Shown here: positions 60,101 through 64,000 of the stretch, one piece after another | Numbering within the stretch: the first letter of the stretch is position 1 | Layout of the letters: each line of letters begins with the position of its first letter | Source: Raja brachyura | Taxonomy: Eukaryota | Direction of reading: 5' to 3' | Length of the DNA stretch: 64,000 nt | Assembly (NCBI GenBank): GCA_963514005.1 | Contig: CAUPSL010001324.1 | Location: 1-64,000 of the forward strand | The notes under the pieces: generated by a model | Told to the model about the DNA's origin: nothing | Databases searched by the model: none | The model's input: only the letters and a program-made list of their open reading frames with translations | Program-made: the position numbers and the translations under genes

Positions 60101-63100
60101 ACCCAGGAAAGGAGAGGTCAGTGCCCTAAGGTCACCAAACGTCACAATTGATGGGAGCAGAATTAGGCCATTCGGCCCATCAAGCCCACTCCGCCATTTC
60201 AATCATTTTTAAATTTTTAAATGTATTAATTTTATTGATTTAGAAGCAATGTACATTGCCAAAAATGACATAATACATTTCCTGTTCCACTTCGTTTTTT
60301 AAACTTTGAGAAGAAGAAGAATAGAGAACGTTAGGTAAGATAGTAAGTGCGCGGGTGATCTGGAATGAGACACAAGAATGACTAAAAAAGAAAAAGAAAT
60401 GACTAAAAAAAAAGGGCAAGCAAAGGTCAAGTCCAGAAGTCAAAGTCAAACAAACTTTATTGTCATTTAGAAATACATCGATATATGCAGTTCCAAACGG
60501 AATTACGTTGCATTTGGCTCCGCGTGCAACACGATAAATTAACAGAAGGATAGACATGGATAAAAAGGATAAATAGACAATGGTGGCAGCCCATTACATG
60601 GCATTCAGGAGTCTGATGGCTCGTGGGAAGAAGCTGTTGCAGAACCTTGATGTTCTGCTCCTCAAGGGCCTGTCCTACCAGCATCCGACTCCATGCGATG
60701 AATTCGATCAAACTAGAAGCGGGGGCCGCGCGGAGGTCGGGTGATCCCCTGTACAGGGCCGTTCCCACCAGCGTACGCCTGCATGCGGCAAGCGCGGCCA
60801 AACCGGCAGCAGGGGCCGCGCGGAGGTCGGGTGAGTGGCGCAACGCGGCGCAAAGTGAGGCGAACTTGGAGCGAAGTCTAAGGTAAGTTCGCCAGGACAG
60901 AGAGGGGCACACAGAGAGGGGCACAGAGGCACACACACACAGAGGGCCACGGAGCCACACACAGAGAGGGTCATGGAGGCACCTACAGAGAGTGTTACGG
61001 AGGCACGACGTCAAGGCGGTGTAATGCGTCGAGGCGACTGCGAACCGACAAGCCGTTGCCGCGCGGAATTTTTGAACATAGTCAGTTTTTCGGAGCCCCG
61101 CGCGATGTCGGGACGAACTCCGCACAATTCCGCACGGCACCGGCGATCGAAGTGTGACCGGCCCCGCAACACCGGACGGCTCAAGCGACCACGTTAGGTC
61201 ACGCTAATCGCATGGAGTTGCAGGCTGGTGGGACAGGCCCTTTTATGCTACGATATCTTTTGCCCGAGGGCAGCAGAGTGAACAGTCCGTGATGGAGATG
61301 TGTGGGGTCTTTTATAATACTGCTGGCCTTAGGCACGCAACGTTTGGTCGCAATATCCCCGATTGAGGGGGAGAGCGGTCCCGATGATTTTTTCCGCTGT
61401 CCTCACCACTCTCTGCACGGTCTTCCAGTCAGAGGCTTTACAGTCCCCAAACCAGACAGAGATACAGCTGGTCAAAATACTCTCTATGGTACCCCTGTAG
61501 GAAGTGGTGAGGATGGGATGGGGGGAGGTGAGCTCTTCTCATCCGGCGCAGAAAGTGCAACCGCTGCTGCGCTCTCTTAACTGTTGATGAAGTAGGGGGA
61601 GAAAGCAGGAACGGGGTACTGATTGGGGATGATCAGCCATGGATCAGATTGAATGGTGGTGCTGGCTCGAAGGGCCGAATGGCCTACTCCTGCACCTATT
61701 ATCCCCTGACACTGCTATCTTTAAGAGCCCTATCCGGCTCTCTCTTGAAAGGGGAGATGCAGCGTGACCTGGGTGCCATGGTACACCAGTCATTGAAAGT
61801 AGGCATGCAGGTGCAGCAGGCAGTGAAGAAAGCGAATGGTATGTTAGCTTTCATAGCAAAAGGATTTGAGTATAGGAGCAGGGAGGTTCTACTGCAGTTG
61901 TACAGGGTCTTGGTGAGACCACACCTGGAGTATTGCGTACAGTTTTGGTCTCCAAATCTGAGGAAGGACATTATTGCCATAGAGGGAGTGCAGACAAGGT
62001 TCACCAGACTGATTCCTGGGATGTCAGGACTGTCTTATGAACAAAGACTGCATAGACTCGTTTTATACTCTCTAGAATTTAGGAGATTGAGAGGGGATCT
62101 TATAGAAACTTACAAAATTCTTAAGGGGTTGGACAGGCTAGATGCAGGAAGATTGTTCCCGATGTTGGGGAGGTCCAGGACAAGGGGTCACAGCTTAAGT
62201 ATAAGGGGGAAATCCTTTAGGACCGAGATGAGAAGGACTTTTTTTACACAGAGAGTGGTGGGTCTATGGAACTCTCTGCCACAGAGGGTAGTTGAGGCCA
62301 GTTCATTGGCTATATTTAAGAGGGCGCTAGATGTGGCCCTTGTGGCTAAGGGGATCAGAGGGTATGGAGAGAAGGCAGGTACGGGTTACTGAGTTGGATG
62401 ATCAGCCATGATCATATTGAATGGCGGTGCAGGCTCGAAGGGCCGAATGGCCTACTCCTGTACCTAATGTCTATGAACCGGCCTCCACCGCCCTCTGAGG
62501 CAGAGAATTCCACAGACTCACAACTCTCTGTGAGAAAAAGTGTTTCCTTGTCTCCGTTCTAAATGGCTTACCCCTTATTCTTAAACTGTGGCCCCTGGTT
62601 CTGGACTCCCCCAACACCGGGAACATGTTTCGTGCCTCTAGCATGTCCAAACCCTTAACAATCTTATATGTTTCAATAAAATCCCCTCTCATCCTTCTAA
62701 ACTCCAGAGTGTACAAGCCCAGCCGCTCCATTCTCTCAGCATATGACAGTCCCGCCATTCCAGGAATTAACCTTGTAAACCTACACTGCACTCCCTCAAT
62801 AGCAAGAATGTCCTTCCTCAAATTAGGGGACCAAGACTGCACACAATACTCTAGGTGTGATCTCACCAGGGCTCTGTACAACCGCAGAAGGACCTCTTTG
62901 CTCCTATACTCGACTCCTCTTGTTGTAAGCCATTCGCTTTCTTCACTGCCTGCTATACCTACAGTCACTGGATGTTTACAAGAGAGAGTGAGATTTAGCT
63001 CTTAGGGCTGACGGAACCAAGGGATAGGGGGAGAAAGCAGGAACGGGGTACTGATTGGGGATGATCAGCCATGGATCAGATTGAATGGCGGTGCTGGCTC

Positions 63101-63731
63101 GAAGGGCCGAATGGCCTACTCCTGCACCTCTTGTCTATCGTCTATTGAATGGCAGTGTTGGCTCGAAGGGCTGAATGGCCTACTCCTGCACATATTATGT
63201 ACCATCTATTGAATGGCTTTGCTGGCATGAAGGGCCGAATGGCCTACTCCTGCACCTATTATTTACCATCTGTTGAATGGCATTGCTGGCTCGAAGGGCC
63301 GAATGGCCTACTCCTGCACCTATTGTCTACCATCTATTGAATGGCTTTGCTGGCATGAAGGGCCGAATGGCCCACTCCTGCACCTATTGTCTATGTTTCT
63401 ATGTTGTCTCTAATCCAGGCTGCTTTCAACCTGTGCCTCGTTCCCCAATTTGTTTGTGCAGCTCCCACCTACACCAGGGCCTACACCTGGAGGAGGCTGG
63501 CACAAGGCTACCTGGTGTGCCGGGCGAGCGGCTTCTTCCCCCGGGACGTCAACGTGAGCTGGGTCAGAGACGGAGAGGTGGTGGAGAGCGGGCAGGAGAC
63601 GGTCGACGTCGTTCCTCAACGCGATGGGACCTTCCAAGTCAGGAGCGTGCGCCCGCTAAACGGCGGTGGCGGGAAGTACGTCTGTCAAGTGGAACACGAG
63701 GCCGTCAAGGGCAAGCTCTTCATACCTCTGG
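42071..63731 (+). CDS. WB: MHC W-category beta chain gene (WB-like), 5' part; exons 42071-42143, 59847-60116, 63462-63731; TM and cytoplasmic exons lie beyond the window
   Basis: Three phase-1 exons join in frame: leader, one groove domain with a Cys pair, and a C1-set Ig. Class I-like motifs sit in a class II-beta layout. Confidence 0.85.
42161..42840 (+). mobile_element. Penelope-like element 3' fragment with GIY-YIG endonuclease and terminal repeat
   Basis: Translates CTSSNLIYCIRCSRCRLIYIGETKRRLGDCFAEHLRSVRNNQPD...[10 protein letters not shown]; hammerhead core at 42711-42738. Confidence 0.88.
42962..43282. mobile_element. Truncated Harbinger-type MITE, family A
   Basis: One TIR plus internal sequence, cut by CR1. 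Confidence 0.75.
43282..44563 (-). mobile_element. Stacked CR1 3' fragments
   Basis: ORFs 43010..43660 and 44006..44578. Confidence 0.9.
44925..45562 (-). mobile_element. Solo LTR of the same family, inverted
   Basis: Near-identical reverse complement of 24169-24805; 4-bp TSD TACG. Confidence 0.88.
45890..46826 (-). mobile_element. DNA transposon family B, diverged variant, truncated by CR1
   Basis: Starts TAGGTATGTTACAAAA; reverse homology to the other copies. Confidence 0.75.
46827..48360 (+). mobile_element. Two CR1 3' fragments with Penelope insertions
   Basis: ORF 47547..48143 and 3' tails. Confidence 0.85.
48745..55780 (+). mobile_element. DNA transposon family B interrupted by CR1 (49046-49818) and DIRS (49845-55074)
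   Basis: Both termini present; the interior resumes colinearly after each insertion. Confidence 0.8.
49845..55074 (+). mobile_element. DIRS-type tyrosine-recombinase retrotransposon; termini complete, coding region degenerate
   Basis: Inverted terminal repeats plus an internal complementary region (about 54751-54860). Remnant motifs LQTDASTKGWG (RNase H, about 53241), DLFASR and DAFSLHW (about 53665-53762), HSIRAASTS and WASESTLQRVY (recombinase, about 54417-54527). ATT at both ends. Confidence 0.92.
55847..56428. mobile_element. Harbinger-type MITE, family A, inside CR1
   Basis: TIRs; TSD TTA. Confidence 0.85.
57352..58512 (-). mobile_element. Young 5'-truncated CR1 with intact RT C-terminal half
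   Basis: 370-aa ORF with SGVPQGSVLGP and FADDTKL. Confidence 0.95.
58552..59341 (+). mobile_element. CR1 3' fragment
   Basis: ORF 58630..59169. Confidence 0.92.
59847..60116 (+). CDS. WB: WB exon 2, beta1 domain GLHVMHQFCGCSQRGQQTVVSWIDGYDGETVLYY...VSNLCDRIKRLASLTNVTQERR
   Basis: Acceptor tttttgtcgcag|GC, donor G|GTCAGT, 270 nt. GxH...GC, YDG and a second Cys, as in class I alpha2. Overlaps ORF 59831..60151. Confidence 0.88.
60665..61241. mobile_element. Harbinger-type MITE, family A
   Basis: TIRs and internal sequence match; TSD imperfect. Confidence 0.8.
61749..62960. mobile_element. Tail-to-tail CR1 fragments (61749-62474 plus, 62475-62960 minus)
   Basis: ORFs 61649..62392 and 62471..62968. 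Confidence 0.9.
63080..63402 (+). repeat. Five tandem copies (about 64 bp) of the CR1 3' terminal hairpin
   Basis: ttgaatggc...gaagggccgaatggcctactcctgcacc repeated. Confidence 0.85.
63462..63731 (+). CDS. WB: WB exon 3, beta2 C1-set Ig domain APTYTRAYTWRRLAQGYLVCRASGFFPRDVNVSWVRDG...VVPQRDGTFQVRS...KYVCQVEHEAVKGKLFIPL
   Basis: Acceptor tttgtgcag|CT, donor G|GTGAGG, 270 nt. Motifs LxC, GFFP, W, PxxDGTFQ, YxCxVxH. Overlaps ORF 63401..63811. Confidence 0.93.
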
Positions 63732-63782
63732 GTGAGGGATACGTGAAAAGATCACAGCCGGCCCGTCGATCGACACAAAGTG

Positions 63783-64000
63783 TAGCAATGTTACAAAATT
63801 TTGAGATTTAAAAGATCGTCTGCAATTTATCCCATCAGATAAAGCATAAAAAGAAGTTTAATTTGACACCTAATTCACTTTCATATCTTCAGTATTAAAA
63901 AAGTTATGGCCATTTTCATACTCTGAAATTAGCATCTTGTTCCCCATTGCTTTTCCATTGACTTAACACAAAAGCTGTGATCGATCACAGTCAAAAGCCC
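63783..64000 (+). mobile_element. DNA transposon family B, left end, runs off the window
   Basis: TAGCAATGTTACAAAA start. Confidence 0.8.

Noticed and set aside
854-61197. Recurrent Arg/Cys-rich ORFs such as [16 protein letters not shown]
   Set aside because: Chance frames in GC-rich family A MITE copies, not conserved in frame between copies
63080-63402. CRISPR-like repeat array
   Set aside because: Eukaryotic context, units are CR1 3' ends, and there are no unique spacers
42071-63731. Classical class II beta or class I heavy chain
   Set aside because: It lacks class II beta GDWTFQ and CRHN. I found no plus-strand alpha1 exon between the leader and the Cys-containing groove domain, and there is no N gap there, though the search was by eye.

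Overview
Eukaryotic, very repeat-dense genomic DNA. The repeat families (CR1/HER1-type LINEs, HE1-like V-SINEs, Penelope, Rex-Babar, DIRS) point to a cartilaginous fish, probably a skate or ray (inference). Almost all ORF-track entries are retroelement debris. Hidden among them, and mostly missed by the ORF track, is a head-to-head pair of spliced MHC genes that I reconstructed by hand from GT-AG sites and intron phases. (1) A complete minus-strand alpha-chain gene: 5 exons, 40387->20090, 267 aa. It has a class II alpha layout (leader/alpha1/alpha2/TM/cytoplasmic), but its Ig domain is beta2-microglobulin-like. (2) A plus-strand beta-chain gene: leader 42071, beta1 59847, beta2 63462, with TM and tail beyond the window. 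Its domains carry class I alpha2/alpha3 signatures. This combination fits the ancient MHC W-category (WA/WB). The last two exons of a third, plus-strand gene lie at 626-712 and 6308-6396. The introns also hold a structurally complete but degenerate DIRS element, two inverted solo LTRs, Harbinger- and hAT-type MITE families, and Penelope fragments with hammerhead ribozyme cores. Repeat boundaries are approximate unless a TSD is quoted.
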